A DNA stretch of 64,000 nt from an uncultured bacterium. Its GTDB lineage: Bacteria > Krumholzibacteriota > Krumholzibacteriia > LZORAL124-64-63. Location: assembly GCA_963732385.1 (NCBI GenBank), contig CAVSZB010000003.1, positions 128,001 to 192,000 on the forward strand, in the 5' to 3' direction. Position 1 is the stretch's first letter. The number at the start of each line of letters is the position of its first letter. Of this stretch, positions 20,982-30,843 are shown piece after piece. The notes below the pieces were generated by a model that had not been told where the DNA came from, ran no database searches, and worked only from the letters and a program-made list of their open reading frames with translations. The position numbers were made by a program, and so were the translations under genes.

Positions 20982-21395
20982 GTGGTTGGCCTGCGCAAGC
21001 GCCTGATCGTGGTGGGAGATCGCATCCTCGTGCGGCCCGAACGGGGGGAGGAGCGGACCAATACCGGACTTTACCTGCCTCAGACCGCCATCAGTTCGCG
21101 TCTGGCGCAGGGGGGATGGGTGGCGGCGGTCGGGCCGGGCCTGCCGATTCCTGAGCTTGCCGACCTGTACGACGAGTCGGCCTCGCCGCGCGAGTCGGTG
21201 GCGCGGTACGTCCCCCTGCAGGCACAGGAGGGGGATTACATGCTCTTTCTGCGCAAGGCAGCCGTGGAAATCACCTTCGACCAGCAGCAATATCTGATCG
21301 TGCCGAACTCGGCGGTTCTGGTCCTGATGCGCGAGGACTGGGACGGGGATCTGCACGGCTCCCTGCCGCGGAGCACCGACGAACCGCCGGAATGA
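20982..21395 (+). CDS. GroES/Cpn10-like co-chaperone (orphan)
   Basis: GDRILVRP, TGLYLP, VAAVGPG, GDYMLF; no adjacent groEL. Confidence 0.8.
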   Translation: MVGLRKRLIVVGDRILVRPERGEERTNTGLYLPQTAISSRLAQGGWVAAVGPGLPIPELADLYDESASPRESVARYVPLQAQEGDYMLFLRKAAVEITFDQQQYLIVPNSAVLVLMREDWDGDLHGSLPRSTDEPPE

Positions 21396-21518
21396 TGCCG
21401 CGCAACCCCTGCACGGGCTAAACCCCGCCCCGGTCCGACCGATCCTTTAAGGCAGAATTGCGCCGCTCGCCCGCTTTCGCCCGGCTGGCGCTACGCAGCG
21501 CAAAGAGGAGACGGCCCG

Positions 21519-21995
21519 TTGAAAACCCTAGTCGATGCCATCATGAATCGCCGCGTCACCCTCGGCAGGGTGGTGACTCTGCGTCTGGCCGCGCGCAACG
21601 ACATCCGTGTGGTGGAGCAGGTCGTGCGGGAAGTGATGCGTTTTCTGGACGACCAGGCCCGGCCGTCCGACGATTGGCAGCTCCGTTTCGCGCTCTGTCT
21701 GCGCGAGACGGTCTACAACGCCGTCATGCACGGCAACCAGAACCGACGCGATGCCGCCGTCGACATCGAGGCGCAGTGGCACCCCGATGAGCGGCGCGCC
21801 GTGCTGATCGTGCGGGACGGCGGTCGTGGCTTCGACTGGAAGGCCGCGCTGGAGAGCGAACGCACCCAGGGCGCGGACCGCGTGCGAGGCCGCGGCCTGG
21901 TGATCCTGGCCGAGATGACTGAACAGGTGGATGTGGATTCGGGCGAGGTCCGTTTCACGCTGAGCCTGCCGCCGCCGGCGGACGGCCCGGCCTGA
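21519..21995 (+). CDS. Anti-sigma factor / RsbW-like HATPase_c kinase
   Basis: ETVYNAVMHGN, VRDGGRGFD, GRGL. Confidence 0.85.
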   Translation: MKTLVDAIMNRRVTLGRVVTLRLAARNDIRVVEQVVREVMRFLDDQARPSDDWQLRFALCLRETVYNAVMHGNQNRRDAAVDIEAQWHPDERRAVLIVRDGGRGFDWKAALESERTQGADRVRGRGLVILAEMTEQVDVDSGEVRFTLSLPPPADGPA

Positions 21996-22026
21996 GCGCC
22001 GAGTCCGACAGGGGAAAGGAAACGCA

Positions 22027-22365
22027 ATGTTGCAGAGCGCGCGGAACGGGATCCTTACGCTGGCGCCGGAGCAGCCGTTGATCGCCATCAACGAAGGTGA
22101 ACTGGGCGCCGACATGGCCGAGGCGCTCGCCGTGCACGCGGGCCAGTTCTCCGATGTCTGCTTCGACCTGTCGCGCGTGATCGAGATCGATTCCAGGGGG
22201 GTTGGCCTGGTGGTCGATCTGCATCGGCGTTGCCGCCAGCAGGGGGCGCATCTGCGCGTGATCGGCGTGACCCCGCACATCCGCCGGGTGTTCGACCTGT
22301 TCCAGCTCGCGGCGCTGTTCCAGGTCGAGGAGCTCGTCGAGCCGGCGGGTCGCGGCGAGGCCTGA
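22027..22365 (+). CDS. STAS-domain anti-anti-sigma factor
   Basis: DLSRVIEIDSRGVGLVV. Confidence 0.85.
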   Translation: MLQSARNGILTLAPEQPLIAINEGELGADMAEALAVHAGQFSDVCFDLSRVIEIDSRGVGLVVDLHRRCRQQGAHLRVIGVTPHIRRVFDLFQLAALFQVEELVEPAGRGEA

Positions 22366-22385
22366 GCGAAGCGCAGCCGCAAACG

Positions 22386-22416
22386 CGCGGGCCCGCCCAA
22401 CGCCGACGGGCCCGCG
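22386..22416. terminator. Hairpin between convergent genes
   Basis: CGCGGGCCCG / CGGGCCCGCG 10-bp inverted repeat. Confidence 0.5.
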
Positions 22417-22441
22417 ACGAGTCTCTCCCGGCGATCTCCCG

Positions 22442-25054
22442 CTACCGCGCGTAAAGCTCGTTCCACCACTCCGGCTCGTTTTTCAGCCACTTCGCGAACC
22501 AGGCGAGGATCGTGTCGTTCCAGAGGATGCGCTGATCGCGATTGATGATGTGATGGTTCTGCCCCTCGACCCGCACGTATTCCACTTCGCGGCCCAGCAG
22601 CTTCAGCGCGGTGTAGAGCTGATCGCTCTCGCCGGGGGGGACATTCGTGTCGGCGCTGCCGTGCAGAAGCAGCAGCGGGGTGTGGATTTTGTCGGCGCTG
22701 AAGAGCGCGCTCTGGTTCACGTACAGATCGCGATGGGACCAGGGAAAGGCATCGGCCAGCGCGCGGGCGCCGTAGTCGTAGCCCCAGTAGCCCTCGCCCC
22801 AGTAGCCGGCGATCGACGAAATTCCGGCATGGCTGATGCCGCAGGCGAACATGTCGGTGCGGGTGAGGAGGTACTCGGTGAGAAAGCCGCCGTACGAGGC
22901 GCCGATGCAGGCGAGCCTGTCCTTGTCGACGAACGGGTGCGCGGCAAGAAAGGCCTGTGTGCCGTCGATCACTTCCTGTGCCGTGCGGGCGCCCCAGTCG
23001 TTGACGTGACGCGCCGCGAATTCCTGCCCGTAGCCGGTGGCTCCGCTCGGTTGCGGCACGTAGACGAAGTAGCCCAGACCGGCCCAGACGTTCTTCGGGT
23101 AGCGCCCGGCGAAGTCGCGTCCCACCGGCGTGGTGCCGCCGTAATAGTAGACGATGCAGGGGTATTTCCGCGCCGGATCGAAGTCGAGCGGGTAGTAGAC
23201 GCGGCCGTCGAGCCGCTCGCCCGACGGCAGTTTCGCCGGCCAGTCCTCGACCCGTCCGAGGCGGACGTCCCGGTAGTATCCGGCCGCCGGCTCCACGATG
23301 ACGCGCGACAGTCCCCGCCTGAGGTCCACCAGCGAGAGGCGCTGCGGCTGTGTGGCGCCGCTGCCGAGCGCGAGGCCGAGCGGGGCATCGACGGCCAGAT
23401 CGAAGTTCTCCACTACGTCCATGTCCACGGCAAGCCGGGTCCACTTCCGTGAAGCAGGGTCGAGGGCCTGAAGATCCTGGCGCTGGCCCGCGACGACCAG
23501 TGCGTAGATGCGCCCGTCCTTGCGGTTCCACGTCATCCGGAGCAGGTCCGGAGCGAAGTCGCGGCTGACCGCCGTCGGCGTGCCGGTACGCAGGTCGTAG
23601 AGGTAGAGCTGACCGCCGTAATCGTTGGCCACGGTCCCCTCCGGCAGGTCCCGGCCCAGGCCGCCGAACGCCGAGGGCGAACCCTGCAGCGCGAGCGCCT
23701 GCCCGTCGGGTCCGTACTCGGCTGCTTCGATCCAGGGGTCGACAAGGATGATTCGCGCGGCCAGCGTGGTCAGGTTTAGCTCCCACAGTTCGCGGTGGGT
23801 GTAGGGGCGCACGGTGTAGTCGGGCCACTCGCGGAAGAACAGGAGCCGGCTGCCGTCCGGGGATATGCGCCAGTTGTCGGCGCTCCACTCGCCGGCGGTG
23901 AGACGGCGCGTGGCGCCGTCCGGCACGGAGACCTGCACGAGGCGCGTGCGGTCGCGCCATTCGGGCTGTCGGTCGGCCAGATTCGCGAAACGCTTCATCT
24001 GGCGCTTGTCGGGCTCGGCCTTGACCACGTGCTGGCAGACCAGGAACGTCCCGTCGGGACTCCAGGCGTACTCGGCGAGGTCTGCGGCATCGCGCAGCAG
24101 GGGCGAGGTTTCGCCGGTCGCGAGGTCGAGCAGCCAGATGGTGGTCCGGTCGTCGGAGCTGCTCGTGTAGGAGAGGCGCAGGCCGGTCGGCGCCCAGCGC
24201 ACGTTGTCCATGTCGAGGGCGCCGCGCCAGCTGCGTTCGAGGCGGCCGTCGGACGCGCGGCGCAGTTCGACCCAGGTCTCGCGCTGCCCGCCCGGCCCGA
24301 CTTCCGCGAGCGTGAGCGCGATGAGCCGGCCGTCCGGCGAGATGGCGGGGGTGGTGATCGCCGGAGCGTCGAGCACGTCGCGGACGGTCTGCGCGCGCAG
24401 CGGGGCGGTCGAGACGCGGAGCGCGTCGGCGGGGACGTCCGTGCCTGGCGCGAGCGACGCGGCGATGCCCCACGCCCCCTTCACCGCGGGATCGGCCACG
24501 GTGTGAAGCAGCAGCAGGTGCCTGCCGGGCGCCAGTTTGAGCGGGGCCGTTTGGCGCGTCTTCGTCGTGTCGCCGGGGGCGGGCGCGGGCGCGAGCGTGA
24601 GTGGTTCACCGTCGAGCCACGCGGCGATCGGGTGTGCGGTGACGAGCGTCAGGGTCGCGGCCAGCCAGCGCCCGCACTCGAGGCGGGTGGCGAGCCAGGC
24701 GACCGACGGCTGGTCGTTCGCCGGGCGCGCCAGGGCCGCTTCCGCGCCCGCGCTCGGCCGCCAGGCGTGGAGGCCCGCGCCGGGCAGCGTCACGGTGTCT
24801 GCGGCGTGCGGATCGAGGCGCCGGGGGTCGAGCGCGCCGGCGTCGGCCAGATCTCCCGCCGCGAACCCTCTCACCTTGTCGGCGTGGAACGCCGGCAACG
24901 GTGCCGGCGTCGGCCCGAGCAGCAGCCACGCCGTCAGCGGGAGGGGGGGCGGGGCCTGGGCGGTGTCGCTCCGGGCGGGCGCAGTCGCGGCGGCGGGCGA
25001 CGACAGGGCCAGAAAGGCAAGCAGGGCGAGGACAAAGGAGCGCTTGAGCGACAT
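22442..25054 (-). CDS. S9 family (prolyl oligopeptidase/DAP2-like) peptidase
   Basis: Signal peptide, beta-propeller SPDG repeats, GASYGG nucleophile, HGSADTNV, GQNH. Confidence 0.92.
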   Translation of the reverse strand: MSLKRSFVLALLAFLALSSPAAATAPARSDTAQAPPPLPLTAWLLLGPTPAPLPAFHADKVRGFAAGDLADAGALDPRRLDPHAADTVTLPGAGLHAWRPSAGAEAALARPANDQPSVAWLATRLECGRWLAATLTLVTAHPIAAWLDGEPLTLAPAPAPGDTTKTRQTAPLKLAPGRHLLLLHTVADPAVKGAWGIAASLAPGTDVPADALRVSTAPLRAQTVRDVLDAPAITTPAISPDGRLIALTLAEVGPGGQRETWVELRRASDGRLERSWRGALDMDNVRWAPTGLRLSYTSSSDDRTTIWLLDLATGETSPLLRDAADLAEYAWSPDGTFLVCQHVVKAEPDKRQMKRFANLADRQPEWRDRTRLVQVSVPDGATRRLTAGEWSADNWRISPDGSRLLFFREWPDYTVRPYTHRELWELNLTTLAARIILVDPWIEAAEYGPDGQALALQGSPSAFGGLGRDLPEGTVANDYGGQLYLYDLRTGTPTAVSRDFAPDLLRMTWNRKDGRIYALVVAGQRQDLQALDPASRKWTRLAVDMDVVENFDLAVDAPLGLALGSGATQPQRLSLVDLRRGLSRVIVEPAAGYYRDVRLGRVEDWPAKLPSGERLDGRVYYPLDFDPARKYPCIVYYYGGTTPVGRDFAGRYPKNVWAGLGYFVYVPQPSGATGYGQEFAARHVNDWGARTAQEVIDGTQAFLAAHPFVDKDRLACIGASYGGFLTEYLLTRTDMFACGISHAGISSIAGYWGEGYWGYDYGARALADAFPWSHRDLYVNQSALFSADKIHTPLLLLHGSADTNVPPGESDQLYTALKLLGREVEYVRVEGQNHHIINRDQRILWNDTILAWFAKWLKNEPEWWNELYAR

Positions 25055-25171
25055 GCTGAGCCTCCACGGAGACGGGGCCGGTTCAGACGGCCCGGAGAGT
25101 GTCGCCGTCCGGCGAAGAGGTTACGGCACGGGATCGGCTCCATCAACTGGGTTGACGCTCAACACGCGGCG

Positions 25172-25187
25172 TGGTCTGGTTCTTGCA
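25172..25187 (+). promoter_or_regulatory. Possible sigma-54 (-24/-12) promoter of the cytochrome operon
   Basis: TGGTCTGGTTCTTGCA has exact GG-N10-GC spacing and TTGCA, about 75 bp upstream of ATG 25263. Confidence 0.35.
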
Positions 25188-25262
25188 TAATCCCCATCTT
25201 TTAAGTTGGGATTCCCGGCCGCAACGGTTTACGGGGGAGGTCGTCGCCTTGGGTGGACACAT

Positions 25263-25973
25263 ATGACATCCCGGCGCGACATCGGTTTTCGTCTCATGGT
25301 GGCTGTGCTGTACGTCACGGCGGCCGCGGTCGTAATGACCGCACTGATCGACGGCTACTCCTATTACATCACGCCGCTGGCAGAGCGCCCGCATATGGAG
25401 GACTACCGCCTGCTGCGTCCCGGCGGGATGCGCGGGCACGGCTACGGCGTGGTCGGCTCGGCGCTGGTCCTGCTGCTGCTGCTCTACTCGGTGCGCAAGC
25501 GCTCGCGATGGTTGCAGAAGTACGGCACGCCCGCGCAGTGGCTGCAGGTGCACATCTGCTTCGGCATCGTGGGGCCGCTGCTGATCATCCTCCACACCTC
25601 ATTCAAGGTGCGGGGGCTGGTGGCCGTGAGTTTCTGGTCGATGATGGCTGTGGCGTTGAGCGGGGTCTTCGGGCGGTGGCTCTACCTGCAGATCCCGCGC
25701 AACCTCGCCGGACACGAACTCTCGCGCCAGGAGATCGCGGCGCTGGAGAAGGAGCTGTCGGAGCGCGTGGCGCAGGAATCACGACCGCGCCAACTGGTCC
25801 GTCTGGCCAGGCGACGGGCAGTCCTGGAGCGCAAGGTGCGGCGACTCGAAACGATCCGCGGCATTTTCCACTGGTGGCATGTCGTTCACAAGCCGTTCGC
25901 GGTCATCATGCTGGTCATCATGCTCGTGCATGTCGCCGTCGCCGCGAGTCTCGGCTACACGTGGGTGTTCTGA
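25263..25973 (+). CDS. Inner-membrane protein with intramembrane His residues (cytochrome b-like candidate)
   Basis: About 5 TM helices; QVHICFG, IILHTS, WHVVHKPF, LVHVA; TGATG coupling to the next gene. Confidence 0.65.
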   Translation: MTSRRDIGFRLMVAVLYVTAAAVVMTALIDGYSYYITPLAERPHMEDYRLLRPGGMRGHGYGVVGSALVLLLLLYSVRKRSRWLQKYGTPAQWLQVHICFGIVGPLLIILHTSFKVRGLVAVSFWSMMAVALSGVFGRWLYLQIPRNLAGHELSRQEIAALEKELSERVAQESRPRQLVRLARRRAVLERKVRRLETIRGIFHWWHVVHKPFAVIMLVIMLVHVAVAASLGYTWVF

Positions 25974-27730
25974 TGCTGCATACGACACTTCGCCTGCGCG
26001 CTCTTTGGCCGCGCGCCGCGGCGCTTCTTTTGGCGCTGTCGGCCGCCGCGCCGGCGTCCGCGCAGCTGAGTCCCGGACCGCTGCACGGGTCGCACCAGAA
26101 ACTCGAAGGGGTGGAGAACTGCACGCGCTGTCACGAAGTGGGGCGCAAGCTCTCCGCGGACAGGTGCCTCGCCTGCCACACCGCCCTCGCGGCGCGGGTC
26201 CGCGCGAAGCAGGGATTGCACGCGCAGCCGGGCCACGAGACCTGCGAGAAGTGTCACGTGGAGCACCAGGGCCGCGACTATCAGCTCATCTGGTGGGGCA
26301 GGGCCGGCCAGGCCGAGTTCGACCACGCACAGACCGGCTGGAAGCTGGAGGGTAAGCACGCGGGCCCGGCCTGCGGGCGGTGTCACAAGCCGGAAGCCGT
26401 CGCCGGCCGGGCGGCGCTCGTGGCCGGCGCCGCCAATCCCCAGCGCACGTTCCTGGGCCTGCGCACCGACTGTGCCGCCTGCCACCGCGATCCGCACTCC
26501 GGCCAGCTCGGGGCGGACTGCCGCTCGTGCCACGGCCTGGAGAGCTGGCGCGGGGCCACCGGTTTCGATCATGCCCGGACGCACTTCCCGCTGACCGGTC
26601 GCCACCGGGATGTCGTCTGCGCGAAGTGCCACCCGGCATTGCCGGCGGAGGCTGACGCCGTCGAGCCGGCAGCTGTGGCCGGCGTACCGGCGGGCGCGGG
26701 GCGACGGCAGTGGCGAGGCGTGGCTTTCGCGGGCTGCGACGACTGCCACCAGGATCCGCACGCCGGACGTCTCGGCGGCGCCTGCGCCTCCTGCCACACG
26801 ACCGAGAGCTGGCGCGCCGTGAGCCAGGCGCGGTTCGATCACGAGCGCACGCGCTATCCGCTGCGTGGGAAGCACATCGCGGTGCCGTGCAAAGGCTGCC
26901 ATCGTCCCGACCGCCCTGCCCGCGGACTGAAGTTCGCGGCCTGCACCGACTGTCACGCCGACCGGCACGCCGGGCAGTTCACGAAGCTCGAGGGGGGGGG
27001 CGACTGCGCCCGCTGCCACTCCGTCGAGGGGTACGCTCCGTCCAGCTACACGGTCGACCGTCACGCCGGCACGACCTATCCGCTCGCGGGGGCGCACCTG
27101 GCCGTGCCGTGCGTCGGCTGCCACGCCCGTCCGCGGGCCGGCGCGCCGGTCTCGGACATCCCGTTCCACTTCGTTTCCACCCGTTGCCAGGTCTGTCATC
27201 GCGATCCTCATCGCGACGAAGCCAGGCCGTGGGTCGACAAGGGCGGCTGCGAGTCGTGCCATCGTCTCGACGCGTGGTCGGCAGCTACCTACGACCACGC
27301 CACGACCAAATTCCCGCTCGCGGACAAGCACGCCACGGCGCGCTGCTCCGCCTGCCACAAGCCGCTGGCGCCCGCTGCGCCGCCCGGGGCCATCCACCTG
27401 CGTGGCGTGGACCGCGCCTGCGAGTCGTGCCATCGCGACCCGCACGCCGGACAGTTTTGCGCCGCGACCGGGGGCGTCACCGCCTGCGAACGCTGCCACG
27501 AAACGGCGAATTGGCGCGCCGGGCGCTTCGATCACAACCGCGAGGCGGCCTTCAGGATCGACGGTGCGCACGCCCGCACCCGTTGCGCGCAGTGCCATCT
27601 CCGCGAGGGGGAGGGCGAGGCGGCCTTCACCCGCTACAAGCCGCTCGGACGGGAATGCGCGACGTGCCATCGGTCGAATCCGGTCCGGCCGGAGGCCGCC
27701 GTCGTCCCGTCGCAGGAAGGAACCCCATGA
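25973..27730 (+). CDS. Multiheme cytochrome c, 20 CxxCH
   Basis: Sec signal peptide (APASA-Q); 20 CxxCH counted by hand; repeating FDH...FPLxGxH modules. Confidence 0.93.
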   Translation: MLHTTLRLRALWPRAAALLLALSAAAPASAQLSPGPLHGSHQKLEGVENCTRCHEVGRKLSADRCLACHTALAARVRAKQGLHAQPGHETCEKCHVEHQGRDYQLIWWGRAGQAEFDHAQTGWKLEGKHAGPACGRCHKPEAVAGRAALVAGAANPQRTFLGLRTDCAACHRDPHSGQLGADCRSCHGLESWRGATGFDHARTHFPLTGRHRDVVCAKCHPALPAEADAVEPAAVAGVPAGAGRRQWRGVAFAGCDDCHQDPHAGRLGGACASCHTTESWRAVSQARFDHERTRYPLRGKHIAVPCKGCHRPDRPARGLKFAACTDCHADRHAGQFTKLEGGGDCARCHSVEGYAPSSYTVDRHAGTTYPLAGAHLAVPCVGCHARPRAGAPVSDIPFHFVSTRCQVCHRDPHRDEARPWVDKGGCESCHRLDAWSAATYDHATTKFPLADKHATARCSACHKPLAPAAPPGAIHLRGVDRACESCHRDPHAGQFCAATGGVTACERCHETANWRAGRFDHNREAAFRIDGAHARTRCAQCHLREGEGEAAFTRYKPLGRECATCHRSNPVRPEAAVVPSQEGTP

Positions 27731-29208
27731 GACTCGCGAAGTGGGCCGTGGCGAGCGCGGCCGTTCTGCTGGCGATCGTGGCTTCTCCGGCCGGCGCGCA
27801 GACGCCGGCAGACAGTCCGCACGGCCCGCTGGCGCTCGACTGCGCGATCTGCCACAACACCGCGGACTGGAGCGTGGCGCCGCGGCCGCCCGCCTTCGAT
27901 CACGGCCGCTCCGGCTTCCCGCTCGCGGGGCGACATGCGGCCGTGAAATGCGGCGACTGCCACCGCGATCTCACCTTCGGGCATGTCGGCAGCGCCTGCG
28001 CCGACTGCCATGTCGACGCCCATCGTGGCCAGCTCGGCCCGAACTGCGAGCGATGCCACGCGCCGACCGGCTGGGAGAGCCGTGGCGTGCTGTTCGAGCA
28101 GCACGCCGAGCGCGGTTTCCCACTCGTCGGCGTGCACGCGGCCGCCGACTGCGAGGCGTGCCATGTCGACCAGCAGCGGCAGGACTTCGTGGGCAACCCG
28201 GTCACCTGCTACGGCTGCCATGCGAACGACTATGCCGCCACGCGCGAGCCCAGCCATCTGCTGACCGGCTTCAGCACGGACTGCTCCCAGTGCCACGTGC
28301 CGACCGCCTCCTGGCGGCCGGTGTTCGTGCAGCACACCCCGGCCTTCCCGTTGCGCAATGCCCACGCCCGTACCGGCTGCCTCTCCTGCCATGCGAGCGG
28401 TTACGCCGGCACCTCGCCCCTCTGCTACTCATGCCACGCGGACGACTACAACGGCACGCAGGAGCCGCCGCATGTCGCCTCCGGCCTGGCGACCGCCTGC
28501 GAGCAGTGTCACACCGACGCCGGCTGGGGCGGCGGCACCTTCGATCACGCCGTGAGCACCGGCTTCGCGCTGACCGGCGCGCATGTGAGCCTCGCCTGCA
28601 CCGCCTGCCACGTGAACGGACTATGGGCCGGCACGCCGCAGGACTGTTACAGCTGCCACGCCGCCGACTACAACGGCACCACCGATCCGCCGCACGCCGC
28701 CTCCGGCATGCCGACAACGTGCCAGCAGTGCCACAGCACGACCACCTGGGGCGACGGCACCTTCGATCACGCCGTGAGCACCGGCTTCGCGCTGACCGGT
28801 GCGCACGCGACCACGACCTGCACGACGTGCCATGTCGATGGGCAGTGGAGCGGCCTGCCGCAGGACTGCGACGGCTGCCACGCCGCGACCTACAATGCCA
28901 CCACCGATCCCGCGCACACCGCGGCGAATTTTCCGCGCACCTGCCAGACCTGCCATACGACGCTTGCCTGGCAGCCGTCGACATGGAACCACGAGACGCT
29001 GTTTCCGATCAACTCCGGGGCGCACCGAACGGTGTGGGCCTCCTGCGCGACCTGCCACGTGAATCCGGCCGACTACGGCGTGTTCGAGTGCATCGACTGC
29101 CACGAGCACAACCGGACCGACACGGACGGCCACCACGACGGCGTCAGGAACTACGAGTATCTCAGCACCGCCTGCTACAGCTGCCACCCGAACGGGAGGG
29201 CCGATTGA
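27727..29208 (+). CDS. Multiheme cytochrome c, 19 CxxCH
   Basis: Signal peptide (PAGA-Q); 19 CxxCH counted by hand; 74-aa triheme repeats; ATGA overlap. Confidence 0.93.
   Translation: MRLAKWAVASAAVLLAIVASPAGAQTPADSPHGPLALDCAICHNTADWSVAPRPPAFDHGRSGFPLAGRHAAVKCGDCHRDLTFGHVGSACADCHVDAHRGQLGPNCERCHAPTGWESRGVLFEQHAERGFPLVGVHAAADCEACHVDQQRQDFVGNPVTCYGCHANDYAATREPSHLLTGFSTDCSQCHVPTASWRPVFVQHTPAFPLRNAHARTGCLSCHASGYAGTSPLCYSCHADDYNGTQEPPHVASGLATACEQCHTDAGWGGGTFDHAVSTGFALTGAHVSLACTACHVNGLWAGTPQDCYSCHAADYNGTTDPPHAASGMPTTCQQCHSTTTWGDGTFDHAVSTGFALTGAHATTTCTTCHVDGQWSGLPQDCDGCHAATYNATTDPAHTAANFPRTCQTCHTTLAWQPSTWNHETLFPINSGAHRTVWASCATCHVNPADYGVFECIDCHEHNRTDTDGHHDGVRNYEYLSTACYSCHPNGRAD
28533..28799 (+). repeat. 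Intragenic direct repeat, 45 bp identical at 222-bp spacing
   Basis: CGGCACCTTCGATCACGCCGTGAGCACCGGCTTCGCGCTGACCGG at 28533-28577 and 28755-28799. Confidence 0.9.
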
Positions 29209-30824
29209 TGCACCGCGCGCAACCAGCTGTCGCCCGCCTCTGGCTGGCCGCCGTGACCATGGCGCTCCTGCTGCCCGCGTCGGCCGCCGCGCGCGAATTC
29301 AAGGTGCGCTATCTTTCGGCCGACTTCGTCTATCTCGACGCCGGCACGGTCGATGGCCTTGCTCCTGGCGACACGCTGCTCGTGTCGCGCCGGGGCGAGG
29401 GCGTGGCCACCCTGGCCGTGGCGCATGCCGCCGAGCATTCGGCGTCGTGCCGCGTGCTCGCCGCGAACACGGCCGTGCAGCCCGGCGATGCCGTGAGGCC
29501 CCTCCGCGACGGGACCGTCACCGTTGCCGCGGCGGTCGCGCCGCCGCCGGCTCCCGCCCCGATCGCCGAGCCGGCGCCGGTCGACGAGCCGTCCGATCCA
29601 CCCTGGGCCCGGGCGAGCGGCTATGTCGCGCTGCAGTGGTACCGGTTCGCGGACCGCGGCGCCTCGGGGCTGGACTACGACCAGCCGACGCTGCGCATCA
29701 ACTTCCGCGCCCGCAAACTGTGGGGGAAGGATCTCACGTTCCAGATGCGCTGCCGCGCCCGGCACGACGGGCGTTCGCGTCGCTACAACGCGACGGTCCC
29801 CGCCGATGAGTGGAGCAATCGCGTCTACGCGCTGTCGCTCGCCTTTGACAATCCGGACGCCACGGTCAACTGGCAGGCGGGGCGGATTGTCTCGAACGCG
29901 CTCGCCGCGACCGGCCCGGTGGACGGCGCGCTGGTGGAAGCCCGCCTCTCCCCGACGCTGCGCGCCGGCGCCTTTGGCGGGTTCCTGCCCGACTGGAGCA
30001 GCACGGCGCCGCGCGGCTCGCTCCGGAAGTACGGCCTGTTCCTGAACGCCGCCGGCGGGGAATACGGCGCGTCGCGGTGGTCGGCGGCGCTGGCCGGCAC
30101 CGCCGAATACCACGGCTCCACGGTGAGCCGTCAGTATCTCTTCCTGCGGAACGACTGGCAGTCCGGACGCCGCTGGAGCCTGTTCCAGAGCTGGGAGATC
30201 GATCTCAACCACGGTTGGCGCCGGCCGCCCGGCACCGCCGCGGTGGAACTGTCGAACGTATACCTCTCGGCCGGCTACCGTCCGGGTGGGCGGACCGCGC
30301 TGTCGGTCAGCTACGACAATCGCCGCAGCTACCGCACCTGGGACAATCGCGCCCTGCCCGACAGCCTGTTCGACGCCGCCTTCCGCACCGGCCTGCGCGC
30401 GAATCTCCACGCCCGCCTGGGCGCCGGCTGGACCGGCTCTGCGGGCGGCGGCTGGCGCCACCGGCAGGGCGAGGCGGACGACACCTGGTCGTGGCACGGC
30501 AGCCTGACCCGCGACGATTTCCTGGGCGAGCGCGTGCGCCTGACCGCGCAGGCCGCCGGCTTCTCGGGGCCGTGGGCCGACGGATTCAATCCTTCGCTGC
30601 AGCTGCAGAAGGCATTCCTGGCCGGTCACCTGATCGGCCTGTCGGGCGGCGAATACCTCTACACGCCGACCGCTGGCGGCGATCGTCGCCAGAACCGCTG
30701 GGCGAGGATCGACGGAACCCGCTACCTGACGACGCGGTTCTTCCTGTCCGGCCAGTACGAACGCGACTGGGGCGATGACGTGGAGGGGGACCGGTTCCTG
30801 GCCGAAGCCGGTCTCAACTTCTAG
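29208..30824 (+). CDS. Outer-membrane beta-barrel (porin candidate) with a small N-terminal soluble domain
   Basis: Signal peptide, Pro-rich linker, amphipathic aromatic-rich strands, C-terminal FLAEAGLNF; TGATG coupling. Confidence 0.75.
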   Translation: MHRAQPAVARLWLAAVTMALLLPASAAAREFKVRYLSADFVYLDAGTVDGLAPGDTLLVSRRGEGVATLAVAHAAEHSASCRVLAANTAVQPGDAVRPLRDGTVTVAAAVAPPPAPAPIAEPAPVDEPSDPPWARASGYVALQWYRFADRGASGLDYDQPTLRINFRARKLWGKDLTFQMRCRARHDGRSRRYNATVPADEWSNRVYALSLAFDNPDATVNWQAGRIVSNALAATGPVDGALVEARLSPTLRAGAFGGFLPDWSSTAPRGSLRKYGLFLNAAGGEYGASRWSAALAGTAEYHGSTVSRQYLFLRNDWQSGRRWSLFQSWEIDLNHGWRRPPGTAAVELSNVYLSAGYRPGGRTALSVSYDNRRSYRTWDNRALPDSLFDAAFRTGLRANLHARLGAGWTGSAGGGWRHRQGEADDTWSWHGSLTRDDFLGERVRLTAQAAGFSGPWADGFNPSLQLQKAFLAGHLIGLSGGEYLYTPTAGGDRRQNRWARIDGTRYLTTRFFLSGQYERDWGDDVEGDRFLAEAGLNF

Positions 30825-30843
30825 CGGACGGCGGGAGGACGGC

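Noticed and set aside
25151..25163. FNR box upstream of the cytochrome operon
   Set aside because: TTGA and TCAA are 3 nt apart, not the required 6.
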